Positions 30,355 to 41,090 of a stretch of 64,000 bases of DNA are shown here, piece after piece. The stretch comes from Acidimicrobiia bacterium (GTDB lineage Bacteria > Actinomycetota > Acidimicrobiia > IMCC26256 > PALSA-610), in NCBI GenBank assembly GCA_052148155.1, contig JBKQIY010000188.1, positions 26,090 through 90,089 on the forward strand. The letters are read 5' to 3'. The notes below the pieces were generated by a model. It was not told the origin of the DNA and did not search any database. It was given only the letters and a program-made list of their open reading frames with translations. A program made the translations under genes and the position numbers. The first letter of the stretch is position 1; every line of letters starts with the position of its first letter.

Positions 30355-30613
30355 TCAAATCGCATGATTCCCCGCAGCGTCGGGCGCGCCCGAACGCGAC
30401 CGGAAGAATGCCTCTGCCGTGATGTGTTCGTGCTGGCTTTGCGTTGCCGGACAGGTCGCGACCGATGCGACGACCCAGCCGATCCAGGCGGCGGGCGTCA
30501 AGGCTTCGCCAAGCGCACGCGTCCGGGGCGGAGAAGTTGTGATCGACGTCGCCCACAAGACGCACGGTCGAGCGCAACACAACCTGTCGGGCGCCGATCG
30601 TGCGGCTCATCAC
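30355..30613 (-). pseudogene. Remnant of IS3 OrfB (integrase-core transposase), degraded
   Basis: Downstream of orfA, mixed frames carry fragments resembling the OrfB N-terminal region. These are IGARQVVLRSTVRLV (compare YGARK...RCTVERLM), HNFSAPDACAW (compare RxFxAxxPNxxW) and LGRRIGRDLS (compare SRRIVGWSxS). I could not recognise a DDE core. Confidence 0.35.
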
Positions 30614-30625
30614 CTCACTTGAGGG

Positions 30626-30925
30626 CTATCGCGGCGTCACGAAGTCTCCCGACGCCCGCATCAAGATCTCATTCGTTCGCCGCAGCTCCTGGTTTTCCCG
30701 CTCCAAGATTTTGAGTTGGCGATGTTGATCGAAGACAACTCCCGGCCGGGCCGATTCGCGTTCCGCTTGACGAACCCATGAAAACAAGGCTCCTGGTGTC
30801 ATCCCAAGCTTCGAGGCAATCGACACGACCGTCGCCCACTGCGACGGATACTCGTCCAGCCCTTCCACGACCATCCGGACCGCGCGCTCACGCACCTCCG
30901 GCGAGAACGGCATCGTTACAGCCAT
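30626..30925 (-). CDS. IS3-family transposase OrfA (HTH protein)
   Basis: MAVTMPFSPEVRERAVRMVVEGLDEYPSQWATVVSIASKLGMTPGALFSWVRQAERE...LKILERENQELRRTNEILMRASGDF shows typical IS3/IS911 OrfA architecture, with an HTH, a leucine zipper and an ILxxAxxxF ending. Confidence 0.85.
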   Translation of the reverse strand: MAVTMPFSPEVRERAVRMVVEGLDEYPSQWATVVSIASKLGMTPGALFSWVRQAERESARPGVVFDQHRQLKILERENQELRRTNEILMRASGDFVTPR

Positions 30926-31460
30926 GACTCCATCCTTTCGAGTCCAGGACAAACGCACGCAGGTCGATTGTGGCCGTTTGAGTTCCGGCCGAGGCGGCGC
31001 TGTGACGAACCTCCGATTCCGTTTCGGCGGGAGGGACTATGAGCTTCAGTTTCGCTCGAGCCCGCGGGACGGCCTCGCGTCCACGCCGTTCACGAGCGTT
31101 GCGGAACGTGGCCACAACACGATATCTGGCCAGCCGCACGCGATCGGTGTTTCTTGCGCGCTGGTTCTCAAGCGCGTCCCACAGTTGAAGTGACGGCGGT
31201 CGGCGTCGCACCAGTAACGACTTCACCGACGGCGGGCGCGACCGGCGCGGCGCCTATGAACGCCTCGCATGCACGCCAAGCATCGTGGAGGTCGATCGGG
31301 GCGTCGTCGCAGTCGTGCCTGTCGACCAGTTCGACAGCTCCCGATCGACATGCGCCCGAAAGCGCCCGGCGATTGTCGCCATCGAAGCACTCTTTCTTGC
31401 GTCATTGAACACGGCCGCCAGCATCACCGTTCGAAAGGCAACGCTTCGGTTCCAGATCCG

Positions 31461-31533
<73 letters not shown>

Positions 31534-31601
31534 GGGTGGGGGGCTCACGTTACCAGTCGATTCACCTGGCTCTTCGTAACGCGGCCACTACGCTCCGGCG
31601 C

Positions 31602-34577
31602 GTGACCGAACGCCGCGACGACATCCCGACCTACCGCTATACGGCGGCGCTGGCCAACGAGATCGAGCACGCCTGGCAAGAGCGTTGGGACGTCGAGCAC
31701 GTGTTCTGGACTCCGAACCGCACCGGCTTATTGGCCGAAGATCCTCGCCACGTTGCCGATCGGCCCACCCGATTCGTGCTCGACATGTTTCCGTATCCAA
31801 GCGGTGTCGGGCTCCATGTCGGCCACCCGCTCGGTTTCATCGCGACCGACGTGTACGCGCGTTTCAGCCGTATGACGGGATACAACGTGTTGCACGCAAT
31901 GGGCTACGACGCGTTTGGTCTTCCCGCCGAGCAGTTCGCCGTGCAGACAGGCACCCACCCGCGTGAAACCACCGAGGCGAACATCGCCAATATGAAACGA
32001 CAGCTGCGGGCGCTTGGGCTCGGCCACGACCCGCGCCGCGGTCCCGCGACCACCGACGTCGACTACTACCGGTGGACGCAATGGATCTTCTTGCAGATCT
32101 ACAACTCGTGGTACGACACCGACGCCGACCGGGCCCGGCCGATCACCGATCTGGTCGACGAACTGCAGTCGGGAACGAGGACGACGCCTGACGGGCGCGC
32201 CTTCGCCACGCTGACGGTGCGAGAACAGCGCGAGCTCGTCGACTCCTACCGGCTCACGTATATCGGCGAGGCGCCCGTCAACTGGTGTCCGGGGCTGGGA
32301 ACGGTGCTCGCCAACGAGGAGGTCACGGCCGACGGTCGGTCTGAGCGCGGCAACTTCCCGGTGTACAAGCGTCTGCTTTCGCAGTGGATGATGCGCATCA
32401 CGGCGTACGCCGATCGGCTGGCCGCCGACCTCGACGAGCTCGATTGGTCGGAGTCGATCAAGGTGATGCAACGCAACTGGATCGGTCGTTCGACCGGCGC
32501 GCTCGCTCGCTTCCCGGTCGACGGGCACGCCGACGTGGCGATCGAGGTGTTCACGACGAGGCCCGACACGCTTTTCGGCGCCACCTACGTGGTACTGGCT
32601 CCCGAGCACCCTCTGGTCGAACGCATCGCCGCGAACGAGTGGCCCGACGACGATGTCGTCAACGGTTGGTCCAGCGCCGCACTCGACGTATGGAAAGGTA
32701 TTTTCGGCGCGACGGGAACGCCGCCCGACGCGGTGGCGCATTACCGCAAATTTGCCGCGGCGAAGTCGGAGCTTGAGCGCCAAGCGGAGGGCCGCGAGAA
32801 GACCGGCGTCTTCACCGGTGCATTCGCGATCAATCCCACCAACTCGGCCCGCATCCCGATCTTCATCGCCGACTACGTACTCATGGGTTACGGCACTGGC
32901 GCGATCATGGCGGTGCCCGCGCATGATCAGCGCGACTTCGAGTTCTCGCGCGAATTCGAACTCCCCGTCGTGCCCGTCGTTCGTCCGAGCGCAGCGTGGC
33001 TCGCTGAGCGCGGCGCGTCTGTCGAGGACGCGCTCACGTGGCCGGCCGCCTACGTCGGTGACGGCGTGGCGATGAGCTCAGCGAACGACGAAGTGTCGCT
33101 CGACGGACTCCAGGTCGAGGATGCGAAGCGCGTCATCTGTGAATGGCTCGACGAGAAAGGTTGGGGTGCTTCCACCGTCACCTACAAGTTGCGCGACTGG
33201 CTGTTCAGCCGGCAGCGGTACTGGGGCGAGCCGTTCCCGATCGTGTACGACGAGATCGGTCCGATCGCGCTGCCGGATTCGATGTTGCCGGTCGAGCTCC
33301 CCGACATCACGAACTTCGAGCCCGCGACATCTGATGACCCGGACGCGCTGCCGCAGCCGCCGCTGGCGCGCGCGGCTGATTGGGTCGAGGTCGAGCTCGA
33401 GCTGCCCGGACCTGACTGGGCAGGATACGGCGCCGAAGGTCGACGCACCTACGTGCGCGAAACCAACACGATGCCCCAGTGGGCGGGGTCGTGTTGGTAC
33501 TACCTGCGCTATCTCGATCCGACCAACGAGGATCAGTTGGTCGACCCGGGCGTCGAGCGCGCGTGGGCGGAGGGGACGCGCGGCAACGGATTGCCGAAAT
33601 CGGGCCTCGTCGATCTCTACGTCGGCGGTGTCGAGCATGCGGTGCTCCATCTGCTCTACGCCCGCTTCTGGCACAAGGTGCTCTACGACCTCGGTCACGT
33701 CTCGACTCGCGAACCGTTCCAGCGGCTCGTGAACCAGGGCTACATCCTCGCCGCGGCCTTCACCGACGAGCGCGGCGTGTACGTCGAGGCGGAAGAGGTC
33801 GCCGAGCGCGACGGCGCGTACTTCCACGATGATGTGCCCGTTTCCCGTGAGTTCGGCAAGATGGGCAAAAGCATCAAGAACGCGGTCACTCCCGACGACA
33901 TATTCGACGAGTACGGCGCCGACACGATGCGCCTCTACGAGATGTCGACCGGCCCGCTCGACGCGTCACGTCCGTGGAACACGTCTGACATTGTCGGTGT
34001 GCACCGTTTCTTGCAACGGCTATGGCGCAACGTGATCGACGAGAATACGGGCGAGGTCCGAGTCTCCGAAGTTGCGCCCGACGACGAGACCCGCCGAATT
34101 CTCAACCGTACGATCGCCGCGGTACGCGACGACATGACGTCGATGGGATTCAACACTGCGATCGCGCGACTGATCGAATGCAACAACCATTTGACTCGGG
34201 TGGTCGCCCGCGACGGTGTGGCGCCCCGTGAGGTCGTGCTTCCACTCGTTCTGATGTTGGCGCCGCTGGCGCCACACATCGCTGAGGAGTTGTGGGCGCG
34301 GCTCGGCCACGCCGACACCCTCACCTACGCGACGTTCCCGACCGCGGATGCGGCTTGGCTCGTCGAGGACATCGTCGAGGTCCCGGTGCAGATCAACGGC
34401 AAGGTTCGGGCGCGGGTGAAGGTCGCCGTCGGCGCGGACGAGCGCGAGCACGAGCGCATCGCGCGCGCCGAACCGCGAGTGGCCGAGCTGCTCGAAGACG
34501 TCACAGTGCGGAAGGTGATTGTCGTCCCCGGACGCCTCGTCAATTTCGTCGTCGGAGGGTCGCAGGCCGCGAGGTAG
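31602..34577 (+). CDS. leuS: Leucine--tRNA ligase
   Basis: Class Ia motifs [12 protein letters not shown] (HIGH) and KMGKS (KMSKS), plus a CP1 editing domain. GTG 31602 gives [29 protein letters not shown]. The track start at 31536 abuts the tRNA. Confidence 0.95.
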   Translation: MTERRDDIPTYRYTAALANEIEHAWQERWDVEHVFWTPNRTGLLAEDPRHVADRPTRFVLDMFPYPSGVGLHVGHPLGFIATDVYARFSRMTGYNVLHAMGYDAFGLPAEQFAVQTGTHPRETTEANIANMKRQLRALGLGHDPRRGPATTDVDYYRWTQWIFLQIYNSWYDTDADRARPITDLVDELQSGTRTTPDGRAFATLTVREQRELVDSYRLTYIGEAPVNWCPGLGTVLANEEVTADGRSERGNFPVYKRLLSQWMMRITAYADRLAADLDELDWSESIKVMQRNWIGRSTGALARFPVDGHADVAIEVFTTRPDTLFGATYVVLAPEHPLVERIAANEWPDDDVVNGWSSAALDVWKGIFGATGTPPDAVAHYRKFAAAKSELERQAEGREKTGVFTGAFAINPTNSARIPIFIADYVLMGYGTGAIMAVPAHDQRDFEFSREFELPVVPVVRPSAAWLAERGASVEDALTWPAAYVGDGVAMSSANDEVSLDGLQVEDAKRVICEWLDEKGWGASTVTYKLRDWLFSRQRYWGEPFPIVYDEIGPIALPDSMLPVELPDITNFEPATSDDPDALPQPPLARAADWVEVELELPGPDWAGYGAEGRRTYVRETNTMPQWAGSCWYYLRYLDPTNEDQLVDPGVERAWAEGTRGNGLPKSGLVDLYVGGVEHAVLHLLYARFWHKVLYDLGHVSTREPFQRLVNQGYILAAAFTDERGVYVEAEEVAERDGAYFHDDVPVSREFGKMGKSIKNAVTPDDIFDEYGADTMRLYEMSTGPLDASRPWNTSDIVGVHRFLQRLWRNVIDENTGEVRVSEVAPDDETRRILNRTIAAVRDDMTSMGFNTAIARLIECNNHLTRVVARDGVAPREVVLPLVLMLAPLAPHIAEELWARLGHADTLTYATFPTADAAWLVEDIVEVPVQINGKVRARVKVAVGADEREHERIARAEPRVAELLEDVTVRKVIVVPGRLVNFVVGGSQAAR

Positions 34578-34603
34578 GTCGAGGCCCGTTGCTCCGGGCC
34601 GAC
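34578..34603 (+). terminator. Candidate stem-loop immediately after the leuS stop
   Basis: GTCGagGCCCG-ttgctc-CGGGCCGAC forms a 9-bp stem with a 2-nt bulge. There is no U-tract, as in the tail-less hairpin terminators described for actinobacteria. Confidence 0.35.
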
Positions 34604-35052
34604 GCGTCGCTGGTGTCCCCACCCGCCAGACATCATGTCCGTCTGTCCGTGCCGGTCGGGCGGCCCGTATCCGGGATCGTTGCCGACGAGCGTTCCGGTC
34701 CCGGATCGGCCACCGAGCTGCCCGCGGTACATGTCGCCGCGTCGTTCACGCGCGGCGCCTTCCGTGACGGTGCGGAGCTCAGATCGAACGCTTGCCGAAC
34801 CGGCAGCTGCATGTGTACAGGCGCCTACGTGCTCGTCGACGATCCCAGCACCGCCGTGCGATATCCGCCGACGTCTTGGGCCGGCCAGGTCTCGGACGCG
34901 CGGATGGCCGTCAATGCTCGGGGTCACCTCCGCGCCGCGTCTGGTTGGTGCCCGCCCGTGGGTGCGCCGCGTGACGTCGACCACGAGGCCTCATCGGTCA
35001 GACCGTCTCGGAGAACCGAAACAGACCGGTACGCCGCCTCGGTAGCCTCCGC

Positions 35053-35946
35053 ATGGTGGACTCGCCGTATCCGACGATTCGAATCGGTCAGCGATGCTTC
35101 GACGTCCGCACCCGCGCGCTCGTCATGGGGATTCTCAATCGCACGCCCGACTCGTTCTACGACCGTGGCGCGACCTGGAGTCTCGATGCGTTCTTGCGCA
35201 GGGCTGACGAACTGGTCACCGACGGTGCCGATCTGCTCGATGTCGGCGGTGTGAAGGCCGGTCCCGGACCCGACGTCGCCGAGGCCGAGGAGCTCGAACG
35301 CGTCGTTCCTGCCATCGCGGCCTTACGCGAACGATTCGATGTTCCTATTTCTGTCGACACGTGGCGCGCGTCGGTGCTCGACGCCGCCTGCGACGCAGGC
35401 GCGGTCGTTGGGAATGACATCTCCGGATTTGGTGACCCGGACTATCTCAACGTCGCAGCCGCGCACGAGGCGACGGTCGTCGCTACCCACATTCGACTGC
35501 GTCCCCGCGTCGCCGACCCTGATCCGCACTACGACGATCTTGTTGGCGAAGTCACGACGTTCCTGCTCGACCGCGCGAAACGTGCCGAGGCCGCCGGACT
35601 CGAGTCCGAGCAGATCGTGCTCGACGCAGGACTCGATCTGGGCAAGACGCCGGCGCAGAGCGCATTCCTGCTCCGGGAGTCGGCGGTTCACGCCGGCCTC
35701 GGCTACCCGTTGCTTCTCTCGGCGTCGAACAAGCGATTCATCGGCGAGTTGTTCGCCCGGGACCTCGACGATCGGCGCGAGGAGTCGCTCGCCGCGGTTG
35801 CCTACGGCGTCGCGTCCGGCTGTCGGATCGTCCGAGTGCACGACGTGGCGGGCAGCCGCCGCGTCTGTCTCACCCTCGAAGCCCTGCTCGGAGCCCAGGT
35901 TGCGGTTGCGGCCGGCCGGCCGGTCCGAGAGGGATCGCGATCATGA
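35053..35946 (+). CDS. folP: Dihydropteroate synthase family protein (possibly a FolP2-like paralogue)
   Basis: GILNRTPDSFYDRG, LLDVGG, SVDT, GNDISG, SNKRF and RVHDV. Some canonical positions deviate (DAGLDLGKT where I recall DPGxGFGK). Confidence 0.8.
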   Translation: MVDSPYPTIRIGQRCFDVRTRALVMGILNRTPDSFYDRGATWSLDAFLRRADELVTDGADLLDVGGVKAGPGPDVAEAEELERVVPAIAALRERFDVPISVDTWRASVLDAACDAGAVVGNDISGFGDPDYLNVAAAHEATVVATHIRLRPRVADPDPHYDDLVGEVTTFLLDRAKRAEAAGLESEQIVLDAGLDLGKTPAQSAFLLRESAVHAGLGYPLLLSASNKRFIGELFARDLDDRREESLAAVAYGVASGCRIVRVHDVAGSRRVCLTLEALLGAQVAVAAGRPVREGSRS

Positions 35947-37037
35947 CGATCACTTTGGTACAGGGCTCCGATCCGAGCTTGCGCGATCGCGAGGTTCAGC
36001 GCGTCGTCGATGAACTGCTCGGAGGAGTTGACCGGTCACTTGCGCTCGACGACCATACGGTCGAATCCCGGCGACGCGCGACCACCAACTTGGCTGATGC
36101 CGATGCGACAAGCGACGACGACGATGAGTCCGCGACCGGAGGGTCGCTCGAGCTGCCGACATTCGCGGCAGTCGTCAACGCGGTTCAGAGCCCGCCGTTG
36201 ATGACCGATCGCCGGGTCGTCGTCGTCCGGGAGATCGGGAACCTGACCAGCGAGCAGGGACAATGGCTCGCGGCGTGGGTCGCCGATCCCCTCGACGACG
36301 TACACCTCGTGCTCGTCGCGGGCGGAGGTCGTGTGCCGAGCGCGCTCGACAAGGCATGCAAGGCGGCCGCAACCGTCGTCGGTCCGGCCGGCGAACAGAC
36401 CGCGGCTGCGCTCGCCATCGCGTTGAAAGACGCCCGTTTGCGTCTGAGCGCGGAAGCGGCCGCACGGATCGCGACCCATCTCGGCGATGACGCCGGCCGA
36501 GTGCCGGAGCTCGTCGGCCTGTTGCGCGCAACCTATGGAGCCAAGACGACCCTCGATGTCGACGCGGTCGAACCGTACCTGGGGGAGTTGGGCACGGCTG
36601 GTCGCTTTGATCTCACCAACGCGATCGACCGCGGCGACCTCGGCGTGGCACTCGAGGTGTTACACCGCTTGCTGACTGCGACGAGCGCGGTGCAGCCGAA
36701 GCCGTTGCACCCGATGCAGGTCATGGCGTCGCTCGTGTTCCACTATCAACGCCTGCTGCGGCTCGACGATCCTGCGGTCACGACAAAGGAACAGGCCGCC
36801 GAGGTGCTTGGCATGAAAAGCGCGGGCGGAGCGCGGTTTCCGTTGGAGGCGGCTCGGCGACTCGGCAGCGAAGGGCTGCGCGAGGCGCTCGGGTTACTGG
36901 CGCAGGCCGAGCTCGACCTTCGGGGCCAGAGCGGTTTCGACGAGCGCACCGCGATCGACGTGCTCGTCGCCCGACTCGCCGCGCTCAGCCGCCGTCATGC
37001 GCGCGGCACAGCCCGCCCGCAAACGTCCCGAACCTAG
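35943..37037 (+). CDS. holA: DNA polymerase III subunit delta
   Basis: 364 aa. The pattern MTITLVQGSDPSLRDREVQRVVDELLG...VVVVREIGNL...LVLVAGGG is typical of HolA. It is convergent with rpsT, which lies just downstream on the opposite strand, as in other actinobacteria. Confidence 0.75.
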   Translation: MTITLVQGSDPSLRDREVQRVVDELLGGVDRSLALDDHTVESRRRATTNLADADATSDDDDESATGGSLELPTFAAVVNAVQSPPLMTDRRVVVVREIGNLTSEQGQWLAAWVADPLDDVHLVLVAGGGRVPSALDKACKAAATVVGPAGEQTAAALAIALKDARLRLSAEAAARIATHLGDDAGRVPELVGLLRATYGAKTTLDVDAVEPYLGELGTAGRFDLTNAIDRGDLGVALEVLHRLLTATSAVQPKPLHPMQVMASLVFHYQRLLRLDDPAVTTKEQAAEVLGMKSAGGARFPLEAARRLGSEGLREALGLLAQAELDLRGQSGFDERTAIDVLVARLAALSRRHARGTARPQTSRT

Positions 37038-37046
37038 ACCTGCAGA

Positions 37047-37316
37047 TCAGTCGCCGGCCGAGGAGCTGTTCGCGCGTCGCATCATGCGCGAGGTACGTCG
37101 AGCCGCCTGATTCTTGTGGATGATCCCGGCGGAGGCGGCCTTGCCGAGCCGCTTCTGTGCTGCCTCGACGAGTTCCTGCGCGTCGTCGGACTCCGACTCG
37201 AGGGCGATCGTCGCGACCTTCACCCGCGTCTTGAGTTCCGTTCGCACGGCCTTGTTGCGCTCGCGGCGCCGCTCGTTCTGACGGTTTCGCTTCTTTTGCG
37301 ACTTGATGTTGGCCAT
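37047..37316 (-). CDS. rpsT: 30S ribosomal protein S20
   Basis: MANIKSQKKRNRQNERRRERNKAVRTELKT... is canonical S20 (89 aa). The track ORF start at 37787 is an upstream extension. Confidence 0.95.
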   Translation of the reverse strand: MANIKSQKKRNRQNERRRERNKAVRTELKTRVKVATIALESESDDAQELVEAAQKRLGKAASAGIIHKNQAARRTSRMMRRANSSSAGD

Positions 37317-37397
37317 ATATCCGTTTCTCGCCTTGAGGGAACCGAGGCAGGCTAGCAGCTGGCCGACGGCCGGGTCCCGGCAGGCCGGGTCGCGGCA

Positions 37398-39212
37398 ATG
37401 TCGGCCCCAGCCGCGAGAATGACCATCTTGACCGAGCTCAGCCGCATCCGTTGCCTCAGCATCATCGCCCATATCGACCACGGGAAGTCGACCCTCGCCG
37501 ACCGGCTGCTCGAGCTGACGGGCGCGGTCGACCCGCGCGACATGCGCGCGCAGTTCCTCGATTCGATGGATCTCGAGCGCGAGCGTGGCATCACGATCAA
37601 GGCACAGAACGTCCGCCTCGAATGGAACGGCTACGTCATCAACCTGATTGACACCCCCGGCCACGTCGACTTCAGCTACGAGGTGAGCCGCAGCCTCGCC
37701 GCGTGCGAGGGCGTGATCCTGCTCGTCGACGCGTCGCAGGGCATCGAAGCCCAAACGTTGGCCAACTGCTACCAGGCGCTCGAACACGACCTGACCGTCG
37801 TGGCTGCGCTCAACAAGATCGACCTCCCGGCCGCGGAGCCCGAGCGGCGAGCGGAGGAGATCGAGCGCGTCCTCGGGATACCGGCCGACGAGGTGCTGCG
37901 GATCTCCGCGAAGACGGGTGTCGGTATCTCCGAGCTCCTCGACGCGGTGATCGAGCGGATCCCGTCACCGACCGGCGATGCCGACGCCAAACTGCAGGCA
38001 TTGATGTTCGACTCGTACTACGACGCGTACCGAGGCGTGATCTCGTCGGTACGCGTGTTCAACGGCACGTTGCGCAGTGGCGCCAAGCTGCGTTATCTCA
38101 ACGCTCGCCAAGATCACGACGCCGAAGAGATCGGTGTTCGACTCCCCGCGATGACGTCCGTCGCGTCGCTCGGCCCGGGCGAGGTCGGCTATCTCGTCGC
38201 GGGTATCAAAGACGTGGGCGAGGCCAAGGTCGGAGAGACCGTCACCGACGCGGGCCGCCGCGCTGAACCGCTCGAGGGATATCGCGATCCCAAGCCGATG
38301 GTCTTCTGCGGGTTGTATCCCGTCGACGGCGACGAGTACGCCGATCTGCGCGAAGCGATGGAACGATTGCGGCTCAACGACTCGTCGTTCACCTACGAAC
38401 CAGAGACATCGGGTGCGTTGGGGTTCGGCTTCCGCTGCGGGTTCCTCGGCCTGTTGCACATGGAGATCATCCGTGAGCGTCTCGAGCGTGAATACGACCT
38501 GTCGTTGGTCGCGACCGCGCCCAACGTCGAGTATCGCGTACAGCTCGCCGATGGGCGGGTAGAGGTGGTCGATAACCCGTCTTCGATGCCGCCGCCCGAG
38601 CACGTCGAGGCAATCGAGGAGCCCTTCGTACGCGTGACGATCCTGTCTCCCACCGACTACGTCGGCACGCTCATGGAGCTCGCACAACAACGTCGCGGCG
38701 AGATGCAGAAGATGGAGTACCTCTCCGTTGACCGAGTCGAACTCGTTTACACGCTTCCGCTCGGCGAGATCGTGCTCGACTTCTTCGATCAGATGAAGTC
38801 ACGAACGCGTGGTTACGCGAGCCTCGACTACGAACCGGCCGGCTACCGCGTCTCGAATCTCGCCAAGGTCGATGTGCTGCTCAACGGTGTGCCCGTCGAC
38901 GCGTTCTCGGCCATCGTCCACCGGGCCAAGGCCGACGGGTATGGCCGCAAGATGACGTCGAAGTTGCGTGAACTGATCCCCCGTCAGCTCTTCGACGTGC
39001 CGATCCAGGCCGCGATCGGCGGTCGGATCATCGCGCGCGAGACGGTCAAAGCGAAGCGCAAGGACGTGTTGGCAAAATGCTACGGCGGCGACATCACGCG
39101 TAAACGCAAGCTGCTCGAGCGTCAGAAAGAAGGCAAAAAGCGGATGAAGCAGATCGGACGCGTCGAAGTGCCCCAAGAAGCATTCGTCGCTGCGCTCCGC
39201 CTCGAGGAGTAG
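37398..39212 (+). CDS. lepA: Elongation factor 4 (LepA)
   Basis: [25 protein letters not shown] and NKIDL, plus the LepA C-terminal domain ([28 protein letters not shown]). Confidence 0.96.
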   Translation: MSAPAARMTILTELSRIRCLSIIAHIDHGKSTLADRLLELTGAVDPRDMRAQFLDSMDLERERGITIKAQNVRLEWNGYVINLIDTPGHVDFSYEVSRSLAACEGVILLVDASQGIEAQTLANCYQALEHDLTVVAALNKIDLPAAEPERRAEEIERVLGIPADEVLRISAKTGVGISELLDAVIERIPSPTGDADAKLQALMFDSYYDAYRGVISSVRVFNGTLRSGAKLRYLNARQDHDAEEIGVRLPAMTSVASLGPGEVGYLVAGIKDVGEAKVGETVTDAGRRAEPLEGYRDPKPMVFCGLYPVDGDEYADLREAMERLRLNDSSFTYEPETSGALGFGFRCGFLGLLHMEIIRERLEREYDLSLVATAPNVEYRVQLADGRVEVVDNPSSMPPPEHVEAIEEPFVRVTILSPTDYVGTLMELAQQRRGEMQKMEYLSVDRVELVYTLPLGEIVLDFFDQMKSRTRGYASLDYEPAGYRVSNLAKVDVLLNGVPVDAFSAIVHRAKADGYGRKMTSKLRELIPRQLFDVPIQAAIGGRIIARETVKAKRKDVLAKCYGGDITRKRKLLERQKEGKKRMKQIGRVEVPQEAFVAALRLEE

Positions 39213-39216
39213 ACGC

Positions 39217-40347
39217 TCAGTCGCCGATCTCACCTTCGCGGGGAAGCCCGAGGACCTTTTCGCCGAGGATGTTGCGCTGCACTTCGCTTGTGCCGCCACC
39301 GATCGTGAGCGCACGCGAATAGAGGTACCCGTAGTTCCACACGCCTCCGTCGACGACTGCGAAGGGGCCATGGTCGGCGAGCATGCCGTGCGCGCCGCCG
39401 AGCGCCTTGGCGAGTGCCATGACGTGCTGGCCGTGCTCGTCGGACATCGCTTTACGAACCGAGGCCTCGGGCCCGGGCTCGAGGCCTCGCAGCTTGGCCG
39501 AAAGGGTCCGCAGGCGGATGACCCGGAGCACCTCGGATTCGGTGTAGAGACGCGCGAGTTTTTGGCGGAGGCGAAGGTCATCGGTCCCGCCGTGTGCGCG
39601 TACGAGGTCGAGGACGTCGTTCGCGGTCGGTCCTCGACCCCAGAGCGCACCTTCGCCCGACAACGACACTCGTTCGTTGCCGAGCGTCACTTTGGCCAGA
39701 CGCCACCCGTCGTGTTCGGTGCCGACCACGTTGGCTGCCGGTACCCGCACGTCGGAGAAGAACACCTCGTTGAACTCGTGCGTACCGGTCATTTGTACGA
39801 GCGGACGCACGTCGATTCCGGAGCTGCGCATGTCGACGACGAAGTAGGAGATGCCCGCTTGTGCGGGAGCGTCCGGATCGGTTCGTGCGAGCAGGATCCC
39901 GAAATGCGAGACGTGCGCGAGCGTCGTCCACACCTTTTGGCCGTTCACAACGTATTCGTCGCCGTCGCGCACGGCTCGGGTCTGCAGCGATGCGAGGTCG
40001 CTGCCCGCGCCGGGTTCGCTGAACAGCTGGCACCAGATCTGTGACCCGTCGAGGATGCCCGGCAACCAGGCTCCCTGTTGTGTTTCAGACCCGGCCACCA
40101 ACAGGGTCGGTCCTGCCCAGCCGATCCCGATCGGGTTGAGCGGCCGCGGGACTTCCAGCTCTCGCATTACTTCGTCGATCGCGATTTGCTCGGCCGGATC
40201 GGCGTCCAGACCCCACGGCGCCGGCCAGTGCGGCGCCACGTAGCCGGCCCGGGCAAGGATGCCGTTCCAGTCCGGCGGGAATTTGCCGTGCGCCGCGTGG
40301 TCGGCGACCAGCCGTCGCAACCCATTCGCGAGCTCGCGCGGGCTCAT
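39217..40347 (-). CDS. Acyl-CoA dehydrogenase family protein
   Basis: 376 aa. LFSEPGAGSDLASL and the C-terminal GGTSEVQRNILGEKVLGLP are typical ACAD motifs. Confidence 0.88.
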   Translation of the reverse strand: MSPRELANGLRRLVADHAAHGKFPPDWNGILARAGYVAPHWPAPWGLDADPAEQIAIDEVMRELEVPRPLNPIGIGWAGPTLLVAGSETQQGAWLPGILDGSQIWCQLFSEPGAGSDLASLQTRAVRDGDEYVVNGQKVWTTLAHVSHFGILLARTDPDAPAQAGISYFVVDMRSSGIDVRPLVQMTGTHEFNEVFFSDVRVPAANVVGTEHDGWRLAKVTLGNERVSLSGEGALWGRGPTANDVLDLVRAHGGTDDLRLRQKLARLYTESEVLRVIRLRTLSAKLRGLEPGPEASVRKAMSDEHGQHVMALAKALGGAHGMLADHGPFAVVDGGVWNYGYLYSRALTIGGGTSEVQRNILGEKVLGLPREGEIGD

Positions 40348-40514
40348 CGCGCGAAAGTAGCGCAGCGATAGCCAGGAACAGACCGGAGGTCCGCAGCGTT
40401 GCCCAGCGATGCCGGGAGGTGGCGGGCCGAGGTGCGGCGCCGTTCGTGCCGATCATCCGGTCTGTGGATCGGTCTCGAAGATCTCTTGTGAACGGGAACC
40501 CTGACGCGGGTGCG

Positions 40515-41090
40515 ATGATGTCGGAGGCGCAACGACGCGCCGCGGACGACGCAACGCTCGTTCGCGCGGTCGGCGCGCACGACGAGCACGCGCTGGCCGA
40601 GCTGTACCGGCGGCACGTCGGCCCGTGCCTCGGACTGGCCCGCCGCGTCCTTTCTGACCGCGCGCTGGCCGAGGAAGTCGTCCAAGAGGTATTCGTTCGC
40701 ACCTGGCGCGAACCGGCTCGGTTCGACCCGACGCGCGGGTCGATGCGCGCGTTTCTGCTCGCGCAGGTGCACGGCCGAGCCGTCGACTTGCTCCGAGCGG
40801 AGTCGGCTCGCAGGGCCCGCGAAGAACGCGAAGCGTTGCGCAGACCGAGCGTCGATATCGACCTCGAACGAGAGGTTATGCAGCTCACCGAGGCCGAAAC
40901 GGTCCGTCGCGCGCTCGCCACGCTCTCCGACGGTGAGCGCGAAGCGATCGAGCTCGCGTACTTCGGTGGACATACCTATCGTGAGGTTGCGGCGCTGTTG
41001 GAACAACCCGAGGGCACCGTGAAGAGCCGAATCCGCGCCGGGCTCTTGCGGCTGCGAGCCGCGCTGATCGAAGCGGGGGTGAGTGAATGA
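40515..41090 (+). CDS. ECF (group 4) RNA polymerase sigma factor, SigK-like
   Basis: Region 2 (ALAELYRRH...EEVVQEVFVRTWR) and region 4 (REAIELAYFGGHTYREVAALLEQPEGTVKSRIRAGLLRL). The ATG is at 40515. The track start at 40419 is an extension. Confidence 0.88.
   Translation: MMSEAQRRAADDATLVRAVGAHDEHALAELYRRHVGPCLGLARRVLSDRALAEEVVQEVFVRTWREPARFDPTRGSMRAFLLAQVHGRAVDLLRAESARRAREEREALRRPSVDIDLEREVMQLTEAETVRRALATLSDGEREAIELAYFGGHTYREVAALLEQPEGTVKSRIRAGLLRLRAALIEAGVSE

Larger units (their letters stand above)
30230..31048 (-). mobile_element. Truncated, decayed IS3-family insertion sequence
   Basis: Contains an intact orfA and fragments of orfB. A tentative outer end reads TGAAGCTCATAGTCCC on the minus strand (outermost base at 31048), 123 nt upstream of orfA. 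No second end was found, and the remaining length is too short for a complete IS3. Boundaries are approximate. Confidence 0.5.

Noticed and set aside
30888-31424. ORFs next to the tRNA (112-aa ORF 30888..31226 minus; 56-aa ORF 31254..31424 minus) as possible integrase remnants
   Set aside because: Neither shows tyrosine-recombinase motifs such as the R..HxxR..Y box. The first overlaps the IS3 5' region, and both are short with ambiguous composition.
27404-31460. Direct repeat of the tRNA-Ala 3' half that would mark an att site for an integrated island
   Set aside because: No convincing copy of TGGAGGCGATGAGGATCGAAC was found by eye. The best candidates (about 27663-27710) match only in scattered positions.
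31728-32924. 398-aa minus-strand ORF, and 33078..33827 on the minus strand
   Set aside because: These are antisense to leuS.
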